Counted from the first letter of the stretch, positions 48,286 to 61,358 are shown. The stretch is 64,000 nucleotides of DNA from Eledone cirrhosa (GCA_964016885.1 OZ024743.1:117490001-117554000); one strand, 5' to 3'. Notes: generated from the sequence alone by a model not told the origin. A program made the numbers and translations.

Positions 48286-48679
48286 AAAATGGTATTGTTT
48301 CCATGATATGTTTTATAAAATTGAAATTAATATTAATATTACGAAATAATTATATGGTACATTCATGTATCATGATCAATTGATATTCACCCTAAATGTC
48401 TAATAGCAAAGCGAAATTATCAGTGAGTTTTCAAAGCATTCTTATATATTTATGAAATTATTTTGCTATAGGTATGATATGAATTTACTAATATTAATTT
48501 TAGTATATAGAACTTGCAACAGGAATAAGCAAGTTCAATTCAAATATTTATGTTTTACATAAAAATTACTCGTTTCTAAATCATAAATGATTATATTTCT
48601 CGAAGTATTTGTTTAATACAAATATATTGTGGCGATACTGATGTAATTATGACGTCAAATAGAGAGTACCTAGCTGTAC

Positions 48680-48752
48680 GCCGAAATAGCTCAGTTGGGA
48701 GAGCGTTAGACTGAAGATCTAAAGGTCCCCTGTTCAATCCCGGGTTTCGGCA
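48680..48752 (+). tRNA. tRNA-Phe-GAA: tRNA-Phe(GAA), unit 39
   Basis: As unit 1. Confidence 0.9.
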
Positions 48753-49058
48753 TGCAGACTTATTATTTTCTCAAATATTTCTAATGATTTTGATAGAGAA
48801 CTATATATGATTTAAATAACAATTAATCGAATGGTCCATTTGTCAGTCATCAAAAAGTCACTTTTATTTTAGTAGACACCAAATAATACCAACTATCAGC
48901 AAAACGTCATATAGTTCAGGTGTGTTTTTGAACATTTAGTTCCGATTCAATAAAAGAGGAATATTAGACGACAATATCAGCTATTCAGTTTATCAATTCA
49001 AATAATGTGTTGAACATTCTAAACGAAACCGTCTATATTGGAATGTATAGTAAGAGCT

Positions 49059-49064
49059 GTCTCT

Positions 49065-49098
<34 letters not shown>

Positions 49099-49132
49099 TG
49101 AAAGGTTGGTGGTGCAAGTCCACCCAGGGACG
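49059..49132 (+). tRNA. tRNA-Asn-GTT: tRNA-Asn(GTT), unit 40 (T55G; probable pseudogene)
   Basis: As unit 37. Confidence 0.65.
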
Positions 49133-49470
49133 TAATAGTCTACTTTTGCTTTAGAAACATTACTAAAATATCTGTATATTTAGGTTTACAGCTTGCATTT
49201 AGAATTATTTGTAACACTAATACATGTTTCAATATATTACCCTGATAAAGATTAATTTTGCTTTACGTTACCTAAACCATTTCATCTCTACTGGATTGTA
49301 TTTCACCAAAAATCTTCATATTTCTATCTTAAACGAACACTGATCATCATCTCATGGAACATATAAAGTGTATGTTATAAAAAAAATTCAAATGTTTTAA
49401 CAATCTAAAGTAGATTATATTTATGTTTGTTTAAGTTCTTTCGTAAATATACATTCAGCACGCACCATTG

Positions 49471-49543
49471 ATCTGGCTAGCTCAGTCGGTAGAGCAGGAG
49501 ACACTTAATCTCAGAGTCCAGAGTTCGTGTCCACCGTTGGGTG
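49471..49543 (+). pseudogene. tRNA-Lys-CTT: pseudo-tRNA-Lys(CTT), unit 40
   Basis: As unit 35 plus A64C. Confidence 0.85.
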
Positions 49544-49938
49544 AAAATGGTATTGTTTCCATGATATGTTTTATAAAATTGACATTAATATTAATATTAC
49601 GAAATAATTATATGGTACATTCATGTATCATGATCAATTGATATTCACCCTAAATATCTAATTGCAAAGCGAAATTTTCAGTGAGTTTTCAAAGCATTCT
49701 TATATATTTATGAAATTATTTTGCTATAGGTATGATATGAATTTACTAATATTAATTTTAGTATATAGAACATGCAACAGGAATAAGCAAGTTCAATTCA
49801 AATATTTATGTTTTACATATAAATTACTCGTTTCTAAATCATAAATGATTATATTTCTCGAAGTATTTGTTTAATATAAATATATTGTGGCGATGCTGAT
49901 GTAATTATGACGTCAAATAGAGAGTCACTAGCTGTACA

Positions 49939-50011
49939 GCCGAAATAGCTCAGTTGGGAGAGCGTTAGACTGAAGATCTAAAGGTCCCCTGTTCAATCCC
50001 GGGTTTCGGCA
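49939..50011 (+). tRNA. tRNA-Phe-GAA: tRNA-Phe(GAA), unit 40
   Basis: As unit 1. Confidence 0.9.
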
Positions 50012-50317
50012 TGCAGACTTATTATTTTCTCAAATATTTCTAATGATTTTGATAGAGAACTATATATGATTTAAATAACAATTAATCGAATGGTTCATTT
50101 GTCAGTCATCAAAAAGTCACTTTTATTTTAGTAGACACCAAATAATACCAACTATCAGCAACACGTCATACAGTTCGGGTGTGTTTTTGAACATTTAGTT
50201 CCGATTCAATAAAAGAGGAATATTAGACGACAATATCAGCTATTCAGTTTATCAATTCAAATAATGTGTTGAACATTCTAAACGAAACCGTCTATATATG
50301 AATGTATAGTAAGAGCT

Positions 50318-50323
50318 GTCTCT

Positions 50324-50357
<34 letters not shown>

Positions 50358-50391
50358 TGAAAGGTTGGTGGTTCAAGTCCACCCAGGGACG
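50318..50391 (+). tRNA. tRNA-Asn-GTT: tRNA-Asn(GTT), unit 41
   Basis: As unit 1. Confidence 0.93.
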
Positions 50392-50730
50392 TAATAGTCT
50401 ACTTTTGCTTTAGAAACATTACTAAAAAATCTGTATATTTAGGTTTACAGCTTGCATTCAGAATTATTTTTTAACACTTATACATGTTTCAATATATTAG
50501 CCTGATAAAGATTAATTTTGCTTTACGTTACCTAAACCATTTCATCTCTACTGGATTGTATTTCACCAAAAATCTTCATATTTCTATCTTAAACGAACAC
50601 TGATCATCATCTGATGGAACATATAAAGTGTATGTTATAAAAAAAATTCAAATGTTTTAACAATCTAAAGTAGATTATATTTATGTTTGTTTAAGTTCTT
50701 TCGTAAATATACATTCAACACGCACCATTG

Positions 50731-50802
50731 ATCCGGCTAGCTCAGTCGGTAGAGCAGGAGACACTTAATCTCAGAGTCCACGGTTCGTGTCCACGTTGGG
50801 TG
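50731..50802 (+). pseudogene. tRNA-Lys-CTT: pseudo-tRNA-Lys(CTT), unit 41
   Basis: As unit 1 plus G51C and 1-nt deletion in 3' T-stem. Confidence 0.85.
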
Positions 50803-51197
50803 AAAATGGTATTGTTTCCATGATATGTTTTATAAAATTGACATTAATATTAATATTACGAAATAATTATATGGTACATTCATGTATCATGATCAATTGA
50901 TATTCACCCTTAATATCTAATAGCAAAGCGAAATTTTCAGTGAGTTTTCAAAGCATTCTTATATATTTATGAAATTATTTTGCTATATGTATGATATGAA
51001 TTTACTAATATTAATTTTAGTATATAGAACATGCAACAGGAATAAGCAAGTTCAATTCAAATATTTATGTTTTACATATAAATTACTCGTTTCTAAATCA
51101 TAAATGATTATATTTCTCGAAGTATTTGTTTAATATAAATATATTGTGGCGATACTGATGTAATTATGACGTCAAATAGAGAGTCACTAGCTGTACC

Positions 51198-51270
51198 GCC
51201 GAAATAGCTCAGTTGGGAGAGCGTTAGACTGAAGATCTAAAGGTCCCCTGTTCAATCCCGGGTTTCGGCA
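51198..51270 (+). tRNA. tRNA-Phe-GAA: tRNA-Phe(GAA), unit 41
   Basis: As unit 1. Confidence 0.9.
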
Positions 51271-51576
51271 TGCAGACTTATTATTTTCTCAAATATTTCT
51301 AATGATTTTGATAGAGAACTATATATGATTTAAATAACAAATAATCGAATGGGTCCTTTGTCAGTCATCAAAAAGTCACTTTTAATTTAGTAGACACCAA
51401 ATAATACCAACTATCAGCAAAACGTCATATAGTTCGGGTGTGATTTTGAACATTTAGTTCCGATTCAATAAAAGAGGAATATTAGACGACAATATCAGCT
51501 ATTCAGTTTATCAATTCAAATAATGTGTTGAACATTCTAAACGAAACCGTCTATATATGAATGTATAGTAAGAGCT

Positions 51577-51582
51577 GTCTCT

Positions 51583-51615
<33 letters not shown>

Positions 51616-51650
51616 TTGAAAGGTTGGTGGTTCAAGTCCATCCAGGGACG
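51577..51650 (+). tRNA. tRNA-Asn-GTT: tRNA-Asn(GTT), unit 42 (C39T, C64T)
   Basis: Two adjacent G:T pairs in anticodon stem. Confidence 0.8.
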
Positions 51651-51988
51651 TAGTAGTCTAGTTTTGCTTTAGAAACATTACTAAAAAATCTGTATATTTA
51701 GGTTTACAGCTTGCATTTAGAATTATTTGTAACACTAATACATGTTTCAATATATTAGCCTGATAAAGATTAATTTTGCTTTACGTTACCTAAACCATTT
51801 CATCTCTACTGGATTGTATTTCACCAAAAATCTTCATATTTCTATCTTAAACGAACACTGATCATCATCTGATGGAACATATAAAGTGTATGTTATAAAA
51901 AAAATTCAAATGTTTTAACAATCTAAAGTAGATTATATTTATGTTTGTTTAAGTTCTTTCGTAAATATACATTCAGCACGCACCATTG

Positions 51989-52061
51989 ATCTGGCTAGCT
52001 CAGTCGGTAGAGCAGGAGACACTTAATCTCAGAGTCCAGAGTTCGTGTCCAACGTTGGGTG
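51989..52061 (+). pseudogene. tRNA-Lys-CTT: pseudo-tRNA-Lys(CTT), unit 42
   Basis: As unit 35. Confidence 0.85.
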
Positions 52062-52456
52062 AAAATGGTATTGTTTCCATGATATGTTTTATAAAATTGA
52101 CATTAATATTAATATTACGAAATAATTATATGGTACATTCATGTATCATGATCAATTGATATTCACCCTAAATATCTAATTGCAAAGCGAAATTTTCAGT
52201 GAGTTTTCAAAGCATTCTTATATATTTATGAAATTATTTTGCTATAGGTATGATATGAATTTACTAATATTAATTTTAGTATATAGAACATGCAACAGGA
52301 ATAAGCAAGTTCAATTCAAATATTTATGTTTTACATATAAATTACTCGTTTCTAAATCATAAATGATTATATTTCTCGAAGTATTTGTTTAATATAAATA
52401 TATTGTGGCGATGCTGATGTAATTATGACGTCAAATAGAGAGTCACTAGCTGTACA

Positions 52457-52529
52457 GCCGAAATAGCTCAGTTGGGAGAGCGTTAGACTGAAGATCTAAA
52501 GGTCCCCTGTTCAATCCCGGGTTTCGGCA
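52457..52529 (+). tRNA. tRNA-Phe-GAA: tRNA-Phe(GAA), unit 42
   Basis: As unit 1. Confidence 0.9.
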
Positions 52530-52835
52530 TGCAGACTTATTATTTTCTCAAATATTTCTAATGATTTTGATAGAGAACTATATATGATTTAAATAACAAT
52601 TAATCGAATGGTTCATTTGTCAGTCATCAAAAAGTCACTTTTATTTTAGTAGACACCAAATAATACCAACTATCAGCAAAACATCATATAGTTCAGGTGT
52701 GTTTTTGAACATTTAGTTCCGATTCAATAAAAGAGGAATATTAGACGACAATATCAGCTATTCAGTTTATCAATTCAAATAATGTGTTGAACATCCTAAA
52801 CGAAACCGTCTATATTGGAATGTATAGTAAGAGCT

Positions 52836-52841
52836 GTCTCT

Positions 52842-52875
<34 letters not shown>

Positions 52876-52909
52876 TGAAAGGTTGGTGGTGCAAGTCCAC
52901 CCAGGGACG
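52836..52909 (+). tRNA. tRNA-Asn-GTT: tRNA-Asn(GTT), unit 43 (T55G; probable pseudogene)
   Basis: As unit 37. Confidence 0.65.
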
Positions 52910-53247
52910 TAATAGTCTACTTTTGCTTTAGAAACATTACTAAAATATCTGTATATTTAGGTTTACAGCTTGCATTTAGAATTATTTGTAACACTAATAC
53001 ATGTTTCAATATATTAGCCTGATAAAGATTAATTTTGCTTTACGTTACCTAAACCATTTAATCTCTACTGTATCGTATTTCACCAAAAATCTTCATATTT
53101 CTATCTTAAACGAACACTGATCATCATCTGATGGAACATATAAAGTGTATGTTATAAAAAAAATTCAAATGTTTTAACAATCTAAAGTAGATTATATTTA
53201 TGTTTGTTTAAGTTCTTTCGTAAATATACATTCAGCACGCACCATTG

Positions 53248-53320
53248 ATCTGGCTAGCTCAGTCGGTAGAGCAGGAGACACTTAATCTCAGAGTCCAGAG
53301 TTCGTGTCCAACGTTGGGTG
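53248..53320 (+). pseudogene. tRNA-Lys-CTT: pseudo-tRNA-Lys(CTT), unit 43
   Basis: As unit 35. Confidence 0.85.
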
Positions 53321-53719
53321 AAAATGGTATTGTTTCCATGATATGTTTTATAAAATTGACATTAATATTAATATTACGAAATAATTATATGGTACATTCA
53401 TGTATCATGATCAATTGATATTCACCCTAAATATCTAATTGCAAAGCGAAATTTTCAGTGAGTTTTCAAAGCATTCTTATATATTTATGAAATTATTTTG
53501 CTATAGGTATGATATGAATTTACTAATATTAATTTTAGTATATAGAACTTGCAACAGGAATAAGCAAGTTCAATTCAAATATTTATGTTTTATATAAATA
53601 AAAATTACTCGTTTCTAAATCATAAATGATTATATTTCTCGAAGTATTTGTTTAATTTAAATATATTGTGGCGATACTGATGTAATTATGACGTCAAATA
53701 GAGAGTCACTAGCTGTACA

Positions 53720-53792
53720 GCCGAAATTGCTCAGTTGGGAGAGCGTTAGACTGAAGATCTAAAGGTCCCCTGTTCAATCCCGGGTTTCGGCA
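53720..53792 (+). tRNA. tRNA-Phe-GAA: tRNA-Phe(GAA), unit 43 (A9T)
   Basis: AAATTGCTC. Confidence 0.82.
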
Positions 53793-54098
53793 TGCAGACT
53801 TATTATTTTCTCAAATATTTCTAATGATTTTGATAGAGAACTATATATGATTTAAATAACAATTAATCGAATGGTTCCTTTGTCAGTCATCAAAAAGTCA
53901 CTTTTATTTTAGTAGACACCAAATAATACCAACTATCAGCAAAACGTCATATAGTTTAGGTGTGTTTTTGAACATTTAGTTCCGATTCAATAAAAGAGGA
54001 ATATTAGACGACAATATCAGCTATTCAGTTTATCAATTCAAATAATGTGTTGAACATCCTAAACGAAACCGTCTATATTGGAATGTATAGTAAGAGCT

Positions 54099-54104
54099 GT
54101 CTCT

Positions 54105-54138
<34 letters not shown>

Positions 54139-54172
54139 TGAAAGGTTGGTGGTGCAAGTCCACCCAGGGACG
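54099..54172 (+). tRNA. tRNA-Asn-GTT: tRNA-Asn(GTT), unit 44 (T55G; probable pseudogene)
   Basis: As unit 37. Confidence 0.65.
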
Positions 54173-54510
54173 TAATAGTCTACTTTTGCTTTAGAAACAT
54201 TACTAAAATATCTGTATATTTAGGTTTACAGCTTGCATTTAGAATTATTTGTAACACTAATACATGTTTCAATATATTAGCCTGATAAAGATTAATTTTG
54301 CTTTACGTTACCTAAACCATTTAATCTCTACTGGATCGTATTTCACCAAAAATCTTCATATTTCTATCTTAAACGAACACTGATCATCATCTGATGGAAC
54401 ATATAAAGTGTATGTTATAAAAAAAATTCAAATGTTTTAACAATCTAAAGTAGATTATATTTATGTTTGTTTAAGTTCTTTCGTAAATATACATTCAGCA
54501 CGCACCATTG

Positions 54511-54583
54511 ATCTGGCTAGCTCAGTCGGTAGAGCAGGAGACACTTAATCTCAGAGTCCAGAGTTCGTGTCCAACGTTGGGTG
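54511..54583 (+). pseudogene. tRNA-Lys-CTT: pseudo-tRNA-Lys(CTT), unit 44
   Basis: As unit 35. Confidence 0.85.
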
Positions 54584-54982
54584 AAAATGGTATTGTTTCC
54601 ATGATATGTTTTATAAAATTGACATTAATATTAATATTACGAAATAATTATATGGTACATTCATGTATCATGATCAATTGATATTCACCCTAAATATCTA
54701 ATTGCAAAGCGAAATTTTCAGTGAGTTTTCAAAGCATTCTTATATATTTATGAAATTATTTTGCTATAGGTATGATATGAATTTACTAATATTAATTTTA
54801 GTATATAGAACTTGCAACAGGAATAAGCAAGTTCAATTCAAATATTTATGTCTTATATAAATAAAAATTACTCGTTTCTAAATCATAAATGATTATATTT
54901 CTCGAAGTATTTGTTTAATATAAATATATTGTGGCGATACTGATGTAATTATGACGTCAAATAGAGAGTAACTAGCTGTACA

Positions 54983-55055
54983 GCCGAAATAGCTCAGTTG
55001 GGAAAGCGTTAGACTGAAGATCTAAAGGTCCCCTGTTCAATCCCGGGTTTCGGCA
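54983..55055 (+). tRNA. tRNA-Phe-GAA: tRNA-Phe(GAA), unit 44 (G22A)
   Basis: GGGAAAGC, C13:A22 mismatch. Confidence 0.8.
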
Positions 55056-55361
55056 TGCAGACTTATTATTTTCTCAAATATTTCTAATGATTTTGATAGA
55101 GAACTATATATGATTTAAATAACAAATAATCGAATGGTTCCTTTGTCAGTCATCAAAAAGTCACTTTTATTTTAGTAGACACCAAATAATACCAACTATC
55201 AGCAAAACGTCATATAGTTCAGGTGTGTTTTTGAACATTTAGTTCCGATTCAATAAAAGAGGAATATTAGACGACAATATCAGCTATTCAGTTTATCAAT
55301 TCAAATAATGTGTTGAACATTCTAAACGAAACCGTCTATATATGAATGTATAGTAAGAGCT

Positions 55362-55367
55362 GTCTCT

Positions 55368-55401
<34 letters not shown>

Positions 55402-55435
55402 TGAAAGGTTGGTGGTTCAAGTCCACCCAGGGACG
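55362..55435 (+). tRNA. tRNA-Asn-GTT: tRNA-Asn(GTT), unit 45
   Basis: As unit 1. Confidence 0.93.
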
Positions 55436-55773
55436 TAATAGTCTACTTTTGCTTTAGAAACATTACTAAAAAATCTGTATATTTAGGTTTACAGCTTGCA
55501 TTCAGAATTATTTGTAACACTAATGCATGTTTCAATATATTAGCCTGATAAAAATTAATTTTGCTTTACGTTACCTAAACCATTTCATCTCTACTGGATT
55601 GTATTTCACCAAAAATCTTCATATTTCTATCTTAAACGAACACTGATCATCATCTGATGGAACATATACAGTGTATGTTATAAAAAAAATTCAAAAGTTT
55701 TAACAATCTAAAGTAGATTATATTTATGTTTGTTTAAGTCCTTTCGTAAATATACATTCAGCACGCACCATTG

Positions 55774-55846
55774 ATCCGGCTAGCTCAGTCGGTAGAGCAG
55801 GAGACACTTAATCTCAGAGTCCAGGGTTCGTGTCCAACGTTGGGTG
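55774..55846 (+). pseudogene. tRNA-Lys-CTT: pseudo-tRNA-Lys(CTT), unit 45
   Basis: As unit 1. Confidence 0.85.
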
Positions 55847-56241
55847 AAAATGGTATTGTTTCCATGATATGTTTTATAAAATTGACATTAATATTAATAT
55901 TACGAAATAATTATATGGTACATTCATGTATCATGATCAATTGATATTCACCCTAAATGTCTAATAGCAAAGCGAAATTTTCAGTGAGTTTTCAAAGCAT
56001 TCTTATATATTTATGAAATTATTTTGCTATAGGTATGATATGAATTTACTAATATTAATTTTAGTATATAGAACATGCAACAGGAATAAGCAAGTTCAAT
56101 TCAAATATTTATGTTTTACATATAAATTACTCGTTTCTAAATCATAAATGATTATATTTCTCGAAGTATTTGTTTAATATAAATATATTGTGGCGATACT
56201 GATGTAATTATGACGTCAAATAGAGAGTCACTAGCTGTACC

Positions 56242-56314
56242 GCCGAAATAGCTCAGTTGGGAGAGCGTTAGACTGAAGATCTAAAGGTCCCCTGTTCGAT
56301 CCCGGGTTTCGGCA
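56242..56314 (+). tRNA. tRNA-Phe-GAA: tRNA-Phe(GAA), unit 45 (canonical G57)
   Basis: GTTCGATCC. Confidence 0.92.
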
Positions 56315-56620
56315 TGCAGACTTATTATTTTCTCAAATATTTCTAATGATTTTGATAGAGAACTATATATGATTTAAATAACAAATAATCGAATGGGTCC
56401 TTTGTCAGTCATCAAAAAGTCACTTTTAATTTAGTAGACACCAAATAATACCAACTATCAGCAAAACGTCATATAGTTCGGGTGTGATTTTGAACATTTA
56501 GTTCCGATTCAATAAAAGAGGAATATTAGACGACAATATCAGCTATTCAGTTTATCAATTCAAATAATGTGTTGAACATTCTAAACGAAACCGTCTATAT
56601 ATGAATGTATAGTAAGAGCT

Positions 56621-56626
56621 GTCTCT

Positions 56627-56659
<33 letters not shown>

Positions 56660-56694
56660 TTGAAAGGTTGGTGGTTCAAGTCCATCCAGGGACG
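56621..56694 (+). tRNA. tRNA-Asn-GTT: tRNA-Asn(GTT), unit 46 (C39T, C64T)
   Basis: As unit 42. Confidence 0.8.
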
Positions 56695-57032
56695 TAGTAG
56701 TCTAGTTTTGCTTTAGAAACATTACTAAAAAATCTGTATATTTAGGTTTACAGCTTGCATTTAGAATTATTTGTAACACTAATACATGTTTCAATATATT
56801 AGCCTGATAAAGATTAATTTTGCTTTACGTTACCTAAACCATTTCATCTCTACTGGATTGTATTTCACCAAAAATCTTCATATTTCTATCTTAAACGAAC
56901 ACTGATCATCATCTGATGGAACATATAAAGTGTATGTTATAAAAAAAATTCAAATGTTTTAACAATCTAAAGTAGATTATATTTATGTTTGTTTAAGTTC
57001 TTTCGTAAATATACATTCAGCACGCACCATTG

Positions 57033-57105
57033 ATCTGGCTAGCTCAGTCGGTAGAGCAGGAGACACTTAATCTCAGAGTCCAGAGTTCGTGTCCAACGTT
57101 GGGTG
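57033..57105 (+). pseudogene. tRNA-Lys-CTT: pseudo-tRNA-Lys(CTT), unit 46
   Basis: As unit 35. Confidence 0.85.
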
Positions 57106-57500
57106 AAAATGGTATTGTTTCCATGATATGTTTTATAAAATTGACATTAATATTAATATTACGAAATAATTATATGGTACATTCATGTATCATGATCAAT
57201 TGATATTCACCCTAAATATCTAATTGCAAAGCGAAATTTTCAGTGAGTTTTCAAAGCATTCTTATATATTTATGAAATTATTTTGCTATAGGTATGATAT
57301 GAATTTACTAATATTAATTTTAGTATATAGAACATGCAACAGGAATAAGCAAGTTCAATTCAAATATTTATGTTTTACATATAAATTACTCGTTTCTAAA
57401 TCATAAATGATTATATTTCTCGAAGTATTTGTTTAATATAAATATATTGTGGCGATGCTGATGTAATTATGACGTCAAATAGAGAGTCACTAGCTGTACA

Positions 57501-57573
57501 GCCGAAATAGCTCAGTTGGGAGAGCGTTAGACTGAAGATCTAAAGGTCCCCTGTTCAATCCCGGGTTTCGGCA
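57501..57573 (+). tRNA. tRNA-Phe-GAA: tRNA-Phe(GAA), unit 46
   Basis: As unit 1. Confidence 0.9.
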
Positions 57574-57879
57574 TGCAGACTTATTATTTTCTCAAATATT
57601 TCTAATGATTTTGATAGAGAACTATATATGATTTAAATAACAATTAATCGAATGGTTCATTTGTCAGTCATCAAAAAGTCACTTTTATTTTAGTAGACAC
57701 CAAATAATACCAACTATCAGCAAAACATCATATAGTTCAGGTGTGTTTTTGAACATTTAGTTCCGATTCAATAAAAGAGGAATATTAGACGACAATATCA
57801 GCTATTCAGTTTATCAATTCAAATAATGTGTTGAACATCCTAAACGAAACCGTCTATATTGGAATGTATAGTAAGAGCT

Positions 57880-57885
57880 GTCTCT

Positions 57886-57919
<34 letters not shown>

Positions 57920-57953
57920 TGAAAGGTTGGTGGTGCAAGTCCACCCAGGGACG
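57880..57953 (+). tRNA. tRNA-Asn-GTT: tRNA-Asn(GTT), unit 47 (T55G; probable pseudogene)
   Basis: As unit 37. Confidence 0.65.
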
Positions 57954-58291
57954 TAATAGTCTACTTTTGCTTTAGAAACATTACTAAAATATCTGTATAT
58001 TTAGGTTTACAGCTTGCATTTAGAATTATTTGTAACACTAATACATGTTTCAATATATTAGCCTGATAAAGATTAATTTTGCTTTACGTTACCTAAACCA
58101 TTTAATCTCTACTGTATCGTATTTCACCAAAAATCTTCATATTTCTATCTTAAACGAACACTGATCATCATCTGATGGAACATATAAAGTGTATGTTATA
58201 AAAAAAATTCAAATGTTTTAACAATCTAAAGTAGATTATATTTATGTTTGTTTAAGTTCTTTCGTAAATATACATTCAGCACGCACCATTG

Positions 58292-58364
58292 ATCTGGCTA
58301 GCTCAGTCGGTAGAGCAGGAGACACTTAATCTCAGAGTCCAGAGTTCGTGTCCAACGTTGGGTG
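58292..58364 (+). pseudogene. tRNA-Lys-CTT: pseudo-tRNA-Lys(CTT), unit 47
   Basis: As unit 35. Confidence 0.85.
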
Positions 58365-58763
58365 AAAATGGTATTGTTTCCATGATATGTTTTATAAAAT
58401 TGACATTAATATTAATATTACGAAATAATTATATGGTACATTCATGTATCATGATCAATTGATATTCACCCTAAATATCTAATTGCAAAGCGAAATTTTC
58501 AGTGAGTTTTCAAAGCATTCTTATATATTTATGAAATTATTTTGCTATAGGTATGATATGAATTTACTAATATTAATTTTAGTATATAGAACTTGCAACA
58601 GGAATAAGCAAGTTCAATTCAAATATTTATGTTTTATATAAATAAAAATTACTCGTTTCTAAATCATAAATGATTATATTTCTCGAAGTATTTGTTTAAT
58701 ATAAATATATTGTGGCGATACTGATGTAATTATGACGTCAAATAGAGAGTCACTAGCTGTACA

Positions 58764-58836
58764 GCCGAAATTGCTCAGTTGGGAGAGCGTTAGACTGAAG
58801 ATCTAAAGGTCCCCTGTTCAATCCCGGGTTTCGGCA
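58764..58836 (+). tRNA. tRNA-Phe-GAA: tRNA-Phe(GAA), unit 47 (A9T)
   Basis: As unit 43. Confidence 0.82.
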
Positions 58837-59142
58837 TGCAGACTTATTATTTTCTCAAATATTTCTAATGATTTTGATAGAGAACTATATATGATTTAAA
58901 TAACAATTAATCGAATGGTTCCTTTGTCAGTCATCAAAAAGTCACTTTTATTTTAGTAGACACCAAATAATACCAACTATCAGCAAAACGTCATATAGTT
59001 TAGGTGTGTTTTTGAACATTTAGTTCCGATTCAATAAAAGAGGAATATTAGACGACAATATCAGCTATTCAGTTTATCAATTCAAATAATGTGTTGAACA
59101 TCCTAAACGAAACCGTCTATATTGGAATGTATAGTAAGAGCT

Positions 59143-59148
59143 GTCTCT

Positions 59149-59182
<34 letters not shown>

Positions 59183-59216
59183 TGAAAGGTTGGTGGTGCA
59201 AGTCCACCCAGGGACG
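59143..59216 (+). tRNA. tRNA-Asn-GTT: tRNA-Asn(GTT), unit 48 (T55G; probable pseudogene)
   Basis: As unit 37. Confidence 0.65.
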
Positions 59217-59554
59217 TAATAGTCTACTTTTGCTTTAGAAACATTACTAAAATATCTGTATATTTAGGTTTACAGCTTGCATTTAGAATTATTTGTAACA
59301 CTAATACATGTTTCAATATATTAGCCTGATAAAGATTAATTTTGCTTTACGTTACCTAAACCATTTAATCTCTACTGGATCGTATTTCACCAAAAATCTT
59401 CATATTTCTATCTTAAACGAACACTGATCATCATCTGATGGAACATATAAAGTGTATGTTATAAAAAAAATTCAAATGTTTTAACAATCTAAAGTAGATT
59501 ATATTTATGTTTGTTTAAGTTCTTTCGTAAATATACATTCAGCACGCACCATTG

Positions 59555-59627
59555 ATCTGGCTAGCTCAGTCGGTAGAGCAGGAGACACTTAATCTCAGAG
59601 TCCAGAGTTCGTGTCCAACGTTGGGTG
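59555..59627 (+). pseudogene. tRNA-Lys-CTT: pseudo-tRNA-Lys(CTT), unit 48
   Basis: As unit 35. Confidence 0.85.
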
Positions 59628-60026
59628 AAAATGGTATTGTTTCCATGATATGTTTTATAAAATTGACATTAATATTAATATTACGAAATAATTATATGGT
59701 ACATTCATGTATCATGATCAATTGATATTCACCCTAAATATCTAATTGCAAAGCGAAATTTTCAGTGAGTTTTCAAAGCATTCTTATATATTTATGAAAT
59801 TATTTTGCTATAGGTATGATATGAATTTACTAATATTAATTTTAGTATATAGAACTTGCAACAGGAATAAGCAAGTTCAATTCAAATATTTATGTCTTAT
59901 ATAAATAAAAATTACTCGTTTCTAAATCATAAATGATTATATTTCTCGAAGTATTTGTTTAATATAAATATATTGTGGCGATACTGATGTAATTATGACG
60001 TCAAATAGAGAGTAACTAGCTGTACA

Positions 60027-60099
60027 GCCGAAATAGCTCAGTTGGGAAAGCGTTAGACTGAAGATCTAAAGGTCCCCTGTTCAATCCCGGGTTTCGGCA
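60027..60099 (+). tRNA. tRNA-Phe-GAA: tRNA-Phe(GAA), unit 48 (G22A)
   Basis: As unit 44. Confidence 0.8.
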
Positions 60100-60405
60100 T
60101 GCAGACTTATTATTTTCTCAAATATTTCTAATGATTTTGATAGAGAACTATATATGATTTAAATAACAAATAATCGAATGGTTCCTTTGTCAGTCATCAA
60201 AAAGTCACTTTTATTTTAGTAGACACCAAATAATACCAACTATCAGCAAAACGTCATATAGTTCAGGTGTGTTTTTGAACATTTAGTTCCGATTCAATAA
60301 AAGAGGAATATTAGACGACAATATCAGCTATTCAGTTTATCAATTCAAATAATGTGTTGAACATTCTAAACGAAACCGTCTATATATGAATGTATAGTAA
60401 GAGCT

Positions 60406-60411
60406 GTCTCT

Positions 60412-60445
<34 letters not shown>

Positions 60446-60479
60446 TGAAAGGTTGGTGGTTCAAGTCCACCCAGGGACG
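60406..60479 (+). tRNA. tRNA-Asn-GTT: tRNA-Asn(GTT), unit 49
   Basis: As unit 1. Confidence 0.93.
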
Positions 60480-60817
60480 TAATAGTCTACTTTTGCTTTA
60501 GAAACATTACTAAAAAATCTGTATATTTAGGTTTACAGCTTGCATTCAGAATTATTTGTAACACTAATGCATGTTTCAATATATTAGCCTGATAAAAATT
60601 AATTTTGCTTTACGTTACCTAAACCATTTCATCTCTACTGGATTGTATTTCACCAAAAATCTTCATATTTCTATCTTAAACGAACACTGATCATCATCTG
60701 ATGGAACATATACAGTGTATGTTATAAAAAAAATTCAAAAGTTTTAACAATCTAAAGTAGATTATATTTATGTTTGTTTAAGTCCTTTCGTAAATATACA
60801 TTCAGCACGCACCATTG

Positions 60818-60890
60818 ATCCGGCTAGCTCAGTCGGTAGAGCAGGAGACACTTAATCTCAGAGTCCAGGGTTCGTGTCCAACGTTGGGTG
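60818..60890 (+). pseudogene. tRNA-Lys-CTT: pseudo-tRNA-Lys(CTT), unit 49
   Basis: As unit 1. Confidence 0.85.
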
Positions 60891-61285
60891 AAAATGGTAT
60901 TGTTTCCATGATATGTTTTATAAAATTGACATTAATATTAATATTACGAAATAATTATATGGTACATTCATGTATCATGATCAATTGATATTCACCCTAA
61001 ATGTCTAATAGCAAAGCGAAATTTTCAGTGAGTTTTCAAAGCATTCTTATATATTTATGAAATTATTTTGCTATAGGTATGATATGAATTTACTAATATT
61101 AATTTTAGTATATAGAACATGCAACAGGAATAAGCAAGTTCAATTCAAATATTTATGTTTTACATATAAATTACTCGTTTCTAAATCATAAATGATTATA
61201 TTTCTCGAAGTATTTGTTTAATATAAATATATTGTGGCGATACTGATGTAATTATGACGTCAAATAGAGAGTCACTAGCTGTACC

Positions 61286-61358
61286 GCCGAAATAGCTCAG
61301 TTGGGAGAGCGTTAGACTGAAGATCTAAAGGTCCCCTGTTCGATCCCGGGTTTCGGCA
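61286..61358 (+). tRNA. tRNA-Phe-GAA: tRNA-Phe(GAA), unit 49 (canonical G57)
   Basis: As unit 45. Confidence 0.92.
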
